Source of the DNA: an uncultured Candidatus Rokubacteria bacterium | GTDB taxonomy: Bacteria > Methylomirabilota > Methylomirabilia > Rokubacteriales > CSP1-6 | Direction: 5' to 3' | DNA: 64,000 bases | Assembly: GCA_963754315.1 (NCBI GenBank) | Contig: CAVWFS010000005.1 | Location: 160,001-224,000, forward strand | Part shown: positions 10,414-20,471 of the stretch, in pieces | Position numbering within the stretch: position 1 is the first letter of the stretch | Layout of the letters: each line of letters opens with the position of its first letter | The notes under the pieces: generated by a model | The model's database searches: none | What the model saw: only the letters and a program-made list of their open reading frames with translations | What the model was told of the DNA's origin: nothing | Position numbers and translations under genes: made by a program

Positions 10414-12012
10414 ATGACCGATCTCAGCCGCCGCATGTTCCTCGCCGGCACCGCCGCCGCGCTGGCCGCCGCCTCCAGCGCCCCGCCCACATCCGCCCAG
10501 ACGCCCAAGAAGGGCGGCACCTTGCGGTTCATTCCGATCGGCGATCTGAAGATCCTCGACCCGATCTGGACAACGGCCTACATCACACGCGACCACGGTT
10601 ACATGGTGTACGACACCCTGTTCGCGAACGACGCCAACCTCCAGCCCAAGCCGCAGATGGTGGACAAGTACACCGTCAGCCGCGACAAGATGAAGTGGTC
10701 CTTCACCTTGCGCGATGGGCTCCGCTTCCACGATGGCCAGCCGGTGACGGCCGAGGATTGCGTGGTCTCCCTCTCGCGCTGGGGCAAGCGCGATGCGCTC
10801 GGTCGCATGCTGATGGCGGCGACGGCCAAGCTGCAGGCGAGTGACAAGAAGACGTTTGTGCTCGAGCTGAAGTCGCCGTTCGGAATCGTGCTCGAAGCGC
10901 TCGCCAAGCCATCGAGCAACGTGCCGTTCATCATGCCCGCCCGCCTCGCCGCGACGCCGGACACCGAGCAGGTGAAGGAGGCGATCGGATCAGGGCCGTT
11001 CAAGTTCATCAAGGAAGAGTGGCAGCCCGGCCACGAGGTCGTCTACGCGCGCAACGCGGACTACGTGCCGCGGAGCGAGCCGGCCAGCGGTGCCGCCGGT
11101 GGCAAGGTCGTCTACCTCGACCGCGTCCTCTGGCGCTATCAGCCCGACGCGGCGACTGCCGCGGCCGCGATGGAGGCCGGCGAACTGGACTACTGGTGGA
11201 TCCCGACCGCCGACTACGTGGCGCGGCTGGAGAAGAATCAGAACTTCCAGGTCTTCGTGTCCGACCCGGCGGGCGTCCAGGGCTGGCTGCGACCGAACCA
11301 TCTGCACCCGCCGTTCGACAACAAGAAAGCCCGTCAGGCGCTGCTCCACCTGATGGACCAGGAGATGTGGCTGCAGGCCGCCGTCGGCCAGCCCAGGTAC
11401 TACCGGACGTGCCCGTCCTACTTCATGTGCGGGAACATGCCGTACGAAACCAAGGCCGGGGCCCCGGCGCGGCCCGATCTAGAGCGCGCCCGGCAGCTCT
11501 TGAAGGAAGGCGGCTACGACGGTCGGCCGCTGGTCCTGCTCGACCCGACCGACCGGCCCGAGATGCACGGCGCCTGCCTGGTCCTGCGCGAGCAACTGCA
11601 GAAGATCGGCGCCAAGGTCGACCTGGTGTCGCTCGACTGGAGCACCGTCATCGCGCGGCGAGCCGAGAAGAAGCCGCCGGCGGCGGGGGGCTGGAACCTC
11701 ATGCACGCCAACTGGATCTCGGCCGACGTCAACAACCCGGCCGTGAACATCGGCCTCTCGGGCGCCTGCGACAAGGCCTGGTTCGGCTGGTCCTGCAGCG
11801 AGCAGATGGAAAAGCTGCGGAACGACTGGCTCAGCGCGAGCGACGCCTCGGAGCGCAAGAGGATCGCCGAGCAAATCCAGATCCTGGCGTACGACGAGGT
11901 GCCGTATGTGCTGTGGGGCCAGTACCTCGCGCCGTCGCTCTACCGCAAGCAGGTCAAGGGCGTCCTGAACTTCCCGGCCGCAGTCCTCTGGAATGTGTGG
12001 ATCGACGCCTAG
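10414..12012 (+). CDS. Tat-exported ABC substrate-binding protein, family 5
   Basis: SRRMFL Tat motif, LDPIWTTAYIT, FTLRDGLRFHDG, IGSGPF. Confidence 0.92.
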   Translation: MTDLSRRMFLAGTAAALAAASSAPPTSAQTPKKGGTLRFIPIGDLKILDPIWTTAYITRDHGYMVYDTLFANDANLQPKPQMVDKYTVSRDKMKWSFTLRDGLRFHDGQPVTAEDCVVSLSRWGKRDALGRMLMAATAKLQASDKKTFVLELKSPFGIVLEALAKPSSNVPFIMPARLAATPDTEQVKEAIGSGPFKFIKEEWQPGHEVVYARNADYVPRSEPASGAAGGKVVYLDRVLWRYQPDAATAAAAMEAGELDYWWIPTADYVARLEKNQNFQVFVSDPAGVQGWLRPNHLHPPFDNKKARQALLHLMDQEMWLQAAVGQPRYYRTCPSYFMCGNMPYETKAGAPARPDLERARQLLKEGGYDGRPLVLLDPTDRPEMHGACLVLREQLQKIGAKVDLVSLDWSTVIARRAEKKPPAAGGWNLMHANWISADVNNPAVNIGLSGACDKAWFGWSCSEQMEKLRNDWLSASDASERKRIAEQIQILAYDEVPYVLWGQYLAPSLYRKQVKGVLNFPAAVLWNVWIDA

Positions 12013-12028
12013 AGCGGAGGGTAGTCCG

Positions 12029-12934
12029 ATCACGAACACCATCGTCCCGGACGTGCTGGGGTTCGTCGGGCTCGGCGTGATGGGCGAGGCGATGTGTCGG
12101 AACCTCGCCCGCAAGTCGGGTGCCCGGGTGGTCGCGTACGACGTGCGGCCAGCGCCGCTCGCCGCACTGGCGTCGGACGGCGTGACGGTCGCCGCGTCGG
12201 CGCGCGAGGTGGCGGCCGCCGCGCAGACGGTCTTCCTGTGCCTGCCTGGCGAACCGCAGGTGCGCGAGGTGTGCCTGGGCGCCGGCGGGCTCGTGGCCGG
12301 GCTGCGCCCGGGCCAGATCCTGGTTGACATGAGCACCGCTCCGGTGGCGCTCGCCCGCGAGCTAGCGCAGGAAGTCAGCGCCCGCGGCGCCGAGTTCCTG
12401 GATGCGCCGGTCGCTCGCACCGCCCAGGCCGCCCGCGACGGCACGCTGTCGATCATGGTGGGGGGCGAATCCGGAGCGTTCGCGCGCGTGCGACCGCTGC
12501 TCGCGTGCATGGGCACCGAGGTCACTCACTGCGGCGCGGCCGGCGCGGGGCAGGCCGTCAAGCTGATGAACAACATGGTCGTCGCCCAGACCGTCGTCGC
12601 GCTTGCTGAAGCGCTGGCCGTGGCGCGGGCGTCGGGGGTGGTCGACCCGAGAGTGCTCTTCGAGACGCTGACCAAGGGCTCGGCGGATAGCTTCGTGCTG
12701 CGCAACCATGGGATGAAATCGCTCCTGCCCGACCGGCATCCGGCCGAAGGCGCGTTTCCCACCAGCTACATCCTCAAGGACCTCAGCTACGCGCTCGAGC
12801 TCGCCGAGTCGTGCGGACTCACCCTGCGCCAGGCGACGACCACGAAGCAACTGATGGAGGAGACGACGGCCGCCGGCTACACCCGTGAGTACTACACCGC
12901 TGTCCTCCGCGTGATCGAGCGGCGGGGATCCTGA
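12029..12934 (+). CDS. NAD(P)-dependent beta-hydroxyacid dehydrogenase (HIBADH/MmsB family); start uncertain (ATC 12029 or GTG 12053)
   Basis: GFVGLGVMG, FLDAPV, GQAVKLMNN, KDLSYA. Confidence 0.88.
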   Translation: MTNTIVPDVLGFVGLGVMGEAMCRNLARKSGARVVAYDVRPAPLAALASDGVTVAASAREVAAAAQTVFLCLPGEPQVREVCLGAGGLVAGLRPGQILVDMSTAPVALARELAQEVSARGAEFLDAPVARTAQAARDGTLSIMVGGESGAFARVRPLLACMGTEVTHCGAAGAGQAVKLMNNMVVAQTVVALAEALAVARASGVVDPRVLFETLTKGSADSFVLRNHGMKSLLPDRHPAEGAFPTSYILKDLSYALELAESCGLTLRQATTTKQLMEETTAAGYTREYYTAVLRVIERRGS

Positions 12935-12985
12935 CTCACCCCGGTATTTCGTCGCACCTCGAGCAGAGGAGCGGATCACCGTCGC

Positions 12986-13888
12986 TCATCGGCCTTCCGT
13001 ACCACCTTCCCGCTGCCCGCGCAGGAAGTCTTGCACCTCTCGCATCAGCTTTTCGGGATCGACTTCTTCCTCAGAGAGCGGTTGCGGCTCCTGCCCAGCT
13101 TCCGCATCGTATTCCTGTTCCAGTTTCCGCACATGCTCTTGGGTGGCCCGGTCCCGAGCCACCGCCCGATCACATTGAGTGCGGAAGTCTTGGACCGCCT
13201 CGGCGAAGGCGGACATGTCCGGACTCAGGTGGAGCAGGCGGGCCACGCAGGCGACCAGGGCCTGGATCGCTGCGGGATTCTCGGTGTCTTGCAGATAGTG
13301 CGGCGCTTGCCCCATGAAGCCAACGTGCTCTATTCCTCGTCTCTCGGCCGCGTCCAACACGACCGAAGAAATACCGGTCGGGCCCTGGTAGGTCGGAGGA
13401 CGATAGATACCCCAGGCTTCGAGCCGCGCGCGCGAGGCGGCGTCGGTGCAGCGGGCCGTGACACGTACGGGCCGGGTATGAGGAGCGCCAGCCAGGAGCG
13501 CCCCGATCGACACGATCCGTTTCACCCCACTGCGCTCGGCCACATCAAGGAACGCCTTGGTATAGGCGTGCCATCTCAGATGGGGTTCGGGGCCGCAAAA
13601 CAGGAGAAGGCCGTTGCCGCCATCCTCGGGATGCCACGCAAAGAACTCGCTCCGTGGCCAGTGAATGTCGCGGTCCCCATCTGCCCTCAACCGCACCTCG
13701 GGCCGTTCCTGCGTGAACATGAAGAATTCCTCAGGGGCTATCCGGGCCAACCGGGCGGCGGGGAGGTCGCGGACGAGGTGGCGCAAGGCGCCCGTTGCCG
13801 CCCGGCCGGCATCAATCCATCCCCCAAACGCCATGACCAATGTCGTCAAGTTCGCAGGCGGCTCGTGGTCGAACTCCACCCCATCCAT
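12986..13888 (-). CDS. PAC2 (proteasome assembly chaperone) family protein
   Basis: AFGGWIDAG, GPEPHLRW, GALLAGAPHTRP, YQGPTGI, APHY, KLEQEYD and ...VQDFLR tail. Confidence 0.85.
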   Translation of the reverse strand: MDGVEFDHEPPANLTTLVMAFGGWIDAGRAATGALRHLVRDLPAARLARIAPEEFFMFTQERPEVRLRADGDRDIHWPRSEFFAWHPEDGGNGLLLFCGPEPHLRWHAYTKAFLDVAERSGVKRIVSIGALLAGAPHTRPVRVTARCTDAASRARLEAWGIYRPPTYQGPTGISSVVLDAAERRGIEHVGFMGQAPHYLQDTENPAAIQALVACVARLLHLSPDMSAFAEAVQDFRTQCDRAVARDRATQEHVRKLEQEYDAEAGQEPQPLSEEEVDPEKLMREVQDFLRGQREGGTEGR

Positions 13889-13950
13889 GATCATCCTCAT
13901 CCTCTCGGCCGTGGTGAGCGTCACTCATGGCTCACGCTGCGTCCTCAGCC

Positions 13951-14793
13951 TCAAAAGCTCGGCTTGGCGGCAAATGGTGTCAGCTGTAACTCGTGCGTCC
14001 AACAGGACTTGTCTTGGGTGTGCAGGTAGTAGAACGCTTCCGCGATCTTCACGGGATTCATGACGATTTCGGGGTTTTGCTGGGCTCTGGCCAGGGCTCG
14101 GGTGCCGGGCGAGTCGATGAGGCCGTCGATCACAACATTGGCCACATGGACGCCATGCTCGGAATATTCCTCCGTGAGCACCTGGGCCAAGGTGCGCATC
14201 ATGACACGGGGATAGTACAGCGACTGTCCGGTCATGCGTTTGCGGCCGCGCAGGGACGCCGCGTTGTTGGAGATGAGGAAGGAGCCGGCACCACGCCGGC
14301 GCATGGCGGGCAATACTTCTTGCGCGACCAGGAAGGGGCCGCGGCTGGCGATGTGCTGGGCGGTTTCGAAGACATCGATGGGAACGTGTTCCAGCAATTC
14401 CTTCTCTGGCGGCAAATCGCGGCCCTCCAGATAGCCGGCGTTGTAGACCAGCACGTCCGGGTCGCCCGCGCGCGTGCGAATCGTGGCGAACGCCTGGGCG
14501 ATGGACTCGCGTGACACCAGGTCCAGCTCGACAATCGTGCTCGCGCCGCCTTGCTCGACGATGGCCTTCTCCAGCGCCGAGGCATTGGCGGCATGACGGG
14601 TCGTCAGGACGACGAAAAATCCCTCCTGGGCAAACTTCTGGGCGATGGCGCCGCCCACGCCCCAGCGGACCCCGACGGGGAGGTCACTGTCGTCGAGCGC
14701 CTTGCCGTGGGCCAGCTTGGTGTTGCGTCCATCGGCCTGCCACTTGGAGGTTGCTCCAACCACCACGGCGACGTGCCTACGGGCTCCACTCAT
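13951..14793 (-). CDS. SDR family oxidoreductase
   Basis: GVGGAIAQKFA, YNAG, GVHVANVVIDG, WTHELQLTP. Confidence 0.85.
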   Translation of the reverse strand: MSGARRHVAVVVGATSKWQADGRNTKLAHGKALDDSDLPVGVRWGVGGAIAQKFAQEGFFVVLTTRHAANASALEKAIVEQGGASTIVELDLVSRESIAQAFATIRTRAGDPDVLVYNAGYLEGRDLPPEKELLEHVPIDVFETAQHIASRGPFLVAQEVLPAMRRRGAGSFLISNNAASLRGRKRMTGQSLYYPRVMMRTLAQVLTEEYSEHGVHVANVVIDGLIDSPGTRALARAQQNPEIVMNPVKIAEAFYYLHTQDKSCWTHELQLTPFAAKPSF

Positions 14794-15033
14794 CCGAGAT
14801 TCCTCGCTCGTGAACGTTGACTGCGCGCAGCTCGTGAACCTGGTCAGCATAGAGAAGAGGGCGCCCTTCACAACCCCGCCGCGGGGCGGACATCGGTCAT
14901 GCGCGCTCTGCAACGCGCCAGGTTGTCGACTCTTCGGCTTCATGGCCATAGCTTACACAGTAAGCCAGTGCCGTCCAGCCAGTCGAGACGGCTGGGCATG
15001 CCCTCCTTGGTCGCGATTCGATGCCGCCGGGTC

Positions 15034-15061
15034 TGAATCCGCCAGGGTGGGGCGGTCCGTA
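15034..15061 (+). promoter_or_regulatory. Possible ECF sigma promoter upstream of the ferritin-like gene
   Basis: TGAATCC-N17-CGTA resembles GATCC...CGTA-type ECF promoters. Confidence 0.3.
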
Positions 15062-15150
15062 GTTAGAGAGCGAGCCCGGGTGGACGGGCCCACGCGGTGC
15101 CTGAGCCGCGGGGACGCGCAGATCGATACTGCCAAACCAGGAGAAGGATC

Positions 15151-15741
15151 ATGACCGATCGTCACGTAATTCTGGCTGCCGTGGAGCACGAGATAGGACT
15201 CACCCGCCGCGAGATCGCGAAGTTCTCGGCCCTGACCGGGGTCGGGGCTCTCCTCGCCACTGTCGGTCTCCAGATCGGCCAGGCGCGGGCCCAGACCTAT
15301 AGCGCCTCCGAGGGTGACCTGAAGATCCTCAACGTCGCGCTGGGGCTGGAGCATGAGGCCATCGCCGCATACCAGGCGGGCGCCGAGTCGAAGCTACTCG
15401 AGAAGCCCATCCTCGAGGTGGCCGTGCTCTTCCAGAGCCAGCACAAGCAACACCGCGACGCCCTTGCCGCCACCATCCAGCGTGCCGGCGGTAAGCCCGT
15501 CGACCCGAAGAAGATGTCCGACTACGGCTGGCCGAAGCTCGCCTCTCAGCAGGACGTCCTCATGTTCGCGGCCAAGCTCGAGGCGGGGGCAGCGGCCGCC
15601 TACCTCGGGGCATTGAGATCGATCGACAACAAGGACTATCTGACCGCCGCTGCCTCGATCATGGGCAACGAGACCCAGCATCTCGCGCTGCTTCGCCAAG
15701 CCATGAAAGAGAACCCCGTACCTGTCGCCTTCATCGGTTAG
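15151..15741 (+). CDS. Ferritin-like domain protein (Ferritin_2 type) with a probable Tat signal
   Basis: TRREIAKF, hydrophobic stretch, ARA|Q; LNVALGLEHEAIAAY, HKQHRD, LEAG, NETQH di-iron-type motifs. Confidence 0.85.
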   Translation: MTDRHVILAAVEHEIGLTRREIAKFSALTGVGALLATVGLQIGQARAQTYSASEGDLKILNVALGLEHEAIAAYQAGAESKLLEKPILEVAVLFQSQHKQHRDALAATIQRAGGKPVDPKKMSDYGWPKLASQQDVLMFAAKLEAGAAAAYLGALRSIDNKDYLTAAASIMGNETQHLALLRQAMKENPVPVAFIG

Positions 15742-15910
15742 CGTGATCCAGGACTCGTGCCGTGCGAGGGCAGCGACGCCCCGCTGCCTTCCCACGGGCT
15801 GGCCGTCGAATCCTTGAAGATGCTGGTCGGTGAGCATACCCTTGATCGATGGCATCGCGCGCGGCGCCAGCGGGAAAGGCTGGCCCGCGTTACTCGAGCT
15901 CCTGAGAACC

Positions 15911-18128
15911 GTGACGCTCGCCGACGACGAGATCAAGCTGCTGGTGCAGGGCGCGCACGACGACGTCTTCCGCGTGCTGGGGCCGCACGCGGTGACGGTG
16001 AACGACGGCATCGGCGTGGTCGTGCGGGTGTTCCTTCCGGACGCCCATGCCGTGCGAGTCCTCCCGCGTGATCCCGGCGCAGGCGCTCGCGCCATGGAGC
16101 GGCTGCACGAGGCCGGGCTGTTCGAGACTGTCTTCGCGGACCGGCGCCCACCATTTGCCTACAGGCTCGAGGTGGACGACGGCCACGGGAGAAGGACGGA
16201 ACTCGAGGACCCGTACCGCTTTCCCTCCACCCTGAGCGACTACGATCGGCATCTGCTGGCGGAGGGCACGCACTACGGGGCCAGCGACAAGCTCGGCGCC
16301 CACCCGACAGTCCTCGAGGGTGTCGCCGGCACCGTGTTCGCCGTGTGGGCCCCGAACGCGCGCCGGGTGAGCGTGGTTGGCGACTTCAATCGGTGGGATG
16401 GACGATGCCACCCGATGCGCCGGCATCCGGCGAACGGCATCTGGGAAATCTTCGTGCCCGGGGTCGGAGACGGCGTTCGCTACAAGTTCGAGATCCTGTC
16501 CCAGTCCGGCCAGCCGCTCGCCCTCAAGGCCGATCCCTTCGCGTTCACCTTCGAGCCGGATACCCCACGCACGGCCTCCGTCGTCGCTTCTCTCGACACA
16601 TACCACTGGGCCGACGCGGCGTGGATGGCCGCCCGCGCGCAGCAGCGCCCGCACGATGGTCCGCTCAGTATCTACGAGGTGCACCTCGGGTCGTGGAGGC
16701 GGGTGCCGGAAGCGCGCGATCGCATGCTGACCTACGCCGAGCTGGCCGACCAGCTCGGCGCCTACGTGCGCGAGATGGGTTACACCCACGTGGAACTGCT
16801 GCCGGTGATGGAACACCCATTCTTCGGCTCCTGGGGTTATCAGGTGATCGGCTACTTCGCGCCGACGCGCCGGTACGGGACGCCGCAGGAGTTCATGGCG
16901 TTTGTCGACCGCCTCCACCAGCAGGGGATCGGCGTCATCCTGGACTGGGTGCCGGCCCACTTCCCCCGCGATCCCCATGGACTCGGCACCTTCGACGGCA
17001 CCCATCTCTACGAGCACGCCGACGTTCGCCTCGGCGCCCACGCCGACTGGGGCACCCTGATCTTCAACTACGGGCGCCACGAGGTCGCCAACTTCCTGCT
17101 CGACAATGCCCTCTTCTGGCTGGACCGTTACCACGCCGACGGTCTCCGCGTGGACGCTGTCGCCTCGATGCTCTACCTCGACTACTCGCGGCCGCCCGGT
17201 CAGTGGATCCCCAACGAGTTCGGCGGGCGCGAGAACCTTGCCGCGTTGGCGTTCTTGCGCCGCCTCAACGAGGTCGCGCACCGAGGCGCGGCCGGGGATC
17301 GTCGTGACCGCGGAGGAATCGACCTCATGGCCGATGGTGTCGCACCCGACGTACCTCGGCGGGCTCGGCTTCGGCTTCAAATGGAACATGGGCTGGATGC
17401 ACGACGTGCTCGCTTACATGCGTCTCGATCCGATCCACCGCAAGTATCGCCACACCCTGCTGACGTTCGGCCTGCTCTACTCGGGGAGCGAGAACTTTGT
17501 CCTCGCCCTCTCGCATGACGAGGTCGTGCACGGCAAGGGGTCGCTGCTCGGCAAGATGCCCGGCGACGAGTGGCAGCAATTCGCTAATCTACGCAGCCTG
17601 TACGGCTTCATGTACGGCCACCCGGGCAAGAAGTTGCTCTTCATGGGCGGAGAGTTCGGTCAGCGGCGGGAGTGGAGCCACGATCGGAGCCTTGACTGGC
17701 ACTTGCTCGACACCGGGCCGTTCCACAAGGGCCTGCAGCGCCTGGTCCGCGATCTCAACGCTCTTCACCGCCGGGAGGTGGCGCTGCATCAGCTCGATTC
17801 TGATCCCGCCGGCTTTCAGTGGATCGACGGCTCAGACTCCGAGCGGAGTATCGTGTCCTTCCTGCGCCGAGGGCGTCACGCCGACGCGCTCGTGATCGTC
17901 GTCTGCAACTTCACGCCCGTGCCCAGGTTCGGTTACCGGGTGGGGGTTCCGCGACTGGGCTTCTACCGTGAAGTCCTGAACACCGACGGGGTCGCATACG
18001 GGGGCAGCAACGTCGGCAATTCGGGTGGCGTCATGGCGGAGGCCATCCCCTGGCAAGGGCAGGCGTGCTCGCTCGTGCTCTCCCTGCCACCACTCGCCGT
18101 GCTCTTCCTCACCCCCGAGGCTGCATAG
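15911..18128 (+). pseudogene. glgB: 1,4-alpha-glucan branching enzyme, +1 frameshift near 17283 (start may be 15830)
   Basis: [37 protein letters not shown] in one frame; [25 protein letters not shown] in the next. Confidence 0.92.
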
Positions 18129-18152
18129 AGCACTGGCGGTGCGGATGACTCT

Positions 18153-20471
18153 TCAGGCCCGGCGGGCGGAGCGCGCGCGACCGAGGGCCCGCCACACGTG
18201 GGCGGGGGTGCCCGGCATGTCGATCCTGCTGGCGCCGGCTGCGTGCAGGGCATCGAGGAGGGCGTTCATGACCGCCGCCGGGGCGCCCGTGGTCGCGTTC
18301 TCCCCTGCGCCCTTCACGCCGAGTGGATTGTCGGGCTCGGGGAGCTCGTTCAGCTCCACGGTGAAGAGCGGCAGGTCGTCGGCCCGCGGGATGGCGTAGT
18401 CCATGAGGCTCCCCGCCAGTGGCTGCCCGCTCCCGGCCTCGAATTCGACCTGCTCCAGCAGCGCCTGCCCGATCCCCTGGGCCGCTCCTCCGTGCATCTG
18501 GCCGTGGACGATCATCGGGTTGATGGCGCGCCCGACGTCGGCCACGATGACGTGCCGCTCGATCCGCACGGTCCCGTCGTCGGGATCCACGGTCACCTCG
18601 CAGGCGTGGCAGCCATTGGCGTGGACGTCGCCGGCCGTCACGAAATCCGCCTGGGCCGCCAGCCGTCGCCCCTGCCCTTCAGAGAAGACGGCGACCTCGA
18701 AGAGCCCGACGCCTCGATCGGTGCCGGCGACGATGAAGCGCCCCCCGGCGTAGCCGACGTCGGCGGCCGCGGCCTCGAGTATGCGGGCGGCGAGCAGCCG
18801 GCCTTCCTCCACCAGTTTGTGCGCGCTGGCCACCACGGCTCCGCCGCCCACGCGGGCGGAGCGCGAGCCGTGGGAGCCTGCGCCGCGGACCACGCGGTCG
18901 GTATCACCGAACACGACCTCGACGCAGTCGAAGGGGACGCCCAGGGTCTCGGCGACAATCTGCGAGAACACGGTGGCGTGGCCCATGCCGAAGTCCTGGG
19001 TGCCGGCGCAGACAACCACCCGGCCGTCCCCAGTCGCCTGGATCTCGGCAAACTCGGTCGGCGTGCTGCCATCGTTCTCGACGTACATCGCGCACCCGAA
19101 GCCGCGGAGGGAACCTCGGGCCTTGCTTGCCGCGCTGCGCGCCGGGAAGCCCCGCCAGTCCGCCAACTCGAGCGCGCGCTCGAGGTTCTCCCTGAAGGCG
19201 CCCGAAGTGAGGACGGCCCCGCCCGGTGTCGTCCAGGGAAAGGCCCCGGTCTCCACGAGGTTTCGCCGGCGCAGCTCGATGCGATCGATCCCGGTCTCGC
19301 GCGCCGCCGCCTCGACCAGGCTCTCTGTCAGATAGTTCGCCTCGATGCGACCTATTCCCCGAAAGGCGGCCAGCGGTGTCGTGTGGGAGAACACGCCGCG
19401 CAGGGTCACGTGGCCGCACGGGATGCGATAGGGTCCACCGAGGGTCGGCGGCAGGTAGTGTGCCATCACCCAGACGTTGCGACTCGTCAGGTACGCGCCG
19501 TGGCGCCAGTCGACTCGCACCCGCATGGCGGTGAACCGTCCCTCACCGTCCAGCGCCAGCTCACCGTGTAGCACGTGGTCGCGGGCCTGGTAGTCGCTCA
19601 GGAACGCTTCGGTGCGGTCGGCCGTCCACTTGACAGGCCGGCCAAGCCGGCAGGCAGCCACCAGGAGTAGCGGGTACTCCGGGTACACGCCGCCGCGCGC
19701 GCCGAAGCCACCCCCCGTGTCCGGTACGACCACGCGCAGACGCTGGGGCTCGATTCCCATCATGTGAGCAAGCACGGCCCGCAGACCGTGGGCCGACTGG
19801 CACCCGGCTCTGAGCGTCCACCGCGCCGCCGTCGGGGCGTATTCGGCGACGGCCGACCGCGGCTCCATGAAGACGGGGGCGACCCGGTTATTGATGACGT
19901 CGACGCGCGCCACGTGCGCGGCTCGCGCGAACGCCGCCTCGACGGCCCTCGGGTCGCCGCCCTCCCACTCGAACGATTCGTTGCTCTTGTGATCGTCCCA
20001 GACCAGGGGTGCCTCCGGGGCAAGCGCCTGGTCGAGTTCGATCGCCGCCGGGCGCGGCTCGTAGTCGATCCGGACCAGTTCCGCCGCATCCTGGGCTTCG
20101 GCGAGCGTCTCGGCCACGACGAACACGACGGGCTCGCCGGCGTAGCGCGTCCTCTCCCTGGCCAGCGGGAACTGCTCAGCCTCGGGCGGCATCGCGCCGT
20201 CGGGCCCGCGAATGTCGAAGGGCGGCGTGCGAGAGTACGAGGGAATCGGCCGGACGACCTCACCGGCGATGTCGGCGGCCGTCAAGACCAGCCGCACGCC
20301 GGGCGCGTGGCGGGCGGCCGTGACGTCAACCGCCCCGATGCGCGCGTGGGCGTGAGGCGATCGCACGACGGCCGCGTGGAGCTGGCCGGCCAGGGCAATG
20401 TCATCCGTGAAGCAGGAGGCACCGGTCAGGAACCGTAGATCCTCCTTGCGCTTGCGCGGGGCGCCGATCAC
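18153..20471 (-). CDS. Xanthine dehydrogenase/CoxL-like molybdopterin-binding large subunit
   Basis: RKEDLRFLTG, GGGFG, AFRGIGR, GQMHGGAAQGIG, GVKGAGE; GTGA overlap with upstream gene. Confidence 0.9.
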   Translation of the reverse strand: MIGAPRKRKEDLRFLTGASCFTDDIALAGQLHAAVVRSPHAHARIGAVDVTAARHAPGVRLVLTAADIAGEVVRPIPSYSRTPPFDIRGPDGAMPPEAEQFPLARERTRYAGEPVVFVVAETLAEAQDAAELVRIDYEPRPAAIELDQALAPEAPLVWDDHKSNESFEWEGGDPRAVEAAFARAAHVARVDVINNRVAPVFMEPRSAVAEYAPTAARWTLRAGCQSAHGLRAVLAHMMGIEPQRLRVVVPDTGGGFGARGGVYPEYPLLLVAACRLGRPVKWTADRTEAFLSDYQARDHVLHGELALDGEGRFTAMRVRVDWRHGAYLTSRNVWVMAHYLPPTLGGPYRIPCGHVTLRGVFSHTTPLAAFRGIGRIEANYLTESLVEAAARETGIDRIELRRRNLVETGAFPWTTPGGAVLTSGAFRENLERALELADWRGFPARSAASKARGSLRGFGCAMYVENDGSTPTEFAEIQATGDGRVVVCAGTQDFGMGHATVFSQIVAETLGVPFDCVEVVFGDTDRVVRGAGSHGSRSARVGGGAVVASAHKLVEEGRLLAARILEAAAADVGYAGGRFIVAGTDRGVGLFEVAVFSEGQGRRLAAQADFVTAGDVHANGCHACEVTVDPDDGTVRIERHVIVADVGRAINPMIVHGQMHGGAAQGIGQALLEQVEFEAGSGQPLAGSLMDYAIPRADDLPLFTVELNELPEPDNPLGVKGAGENATTGAPAAVMNALLDALHAAGASRIDMPGTPAHVWRALGRARSARRA

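Noticed and set aside
18153..20471. Bona fide form I CO dehydrogenase
   Set aside because: Lacks the AYXCSFR motif and adjacent coxMS genes.
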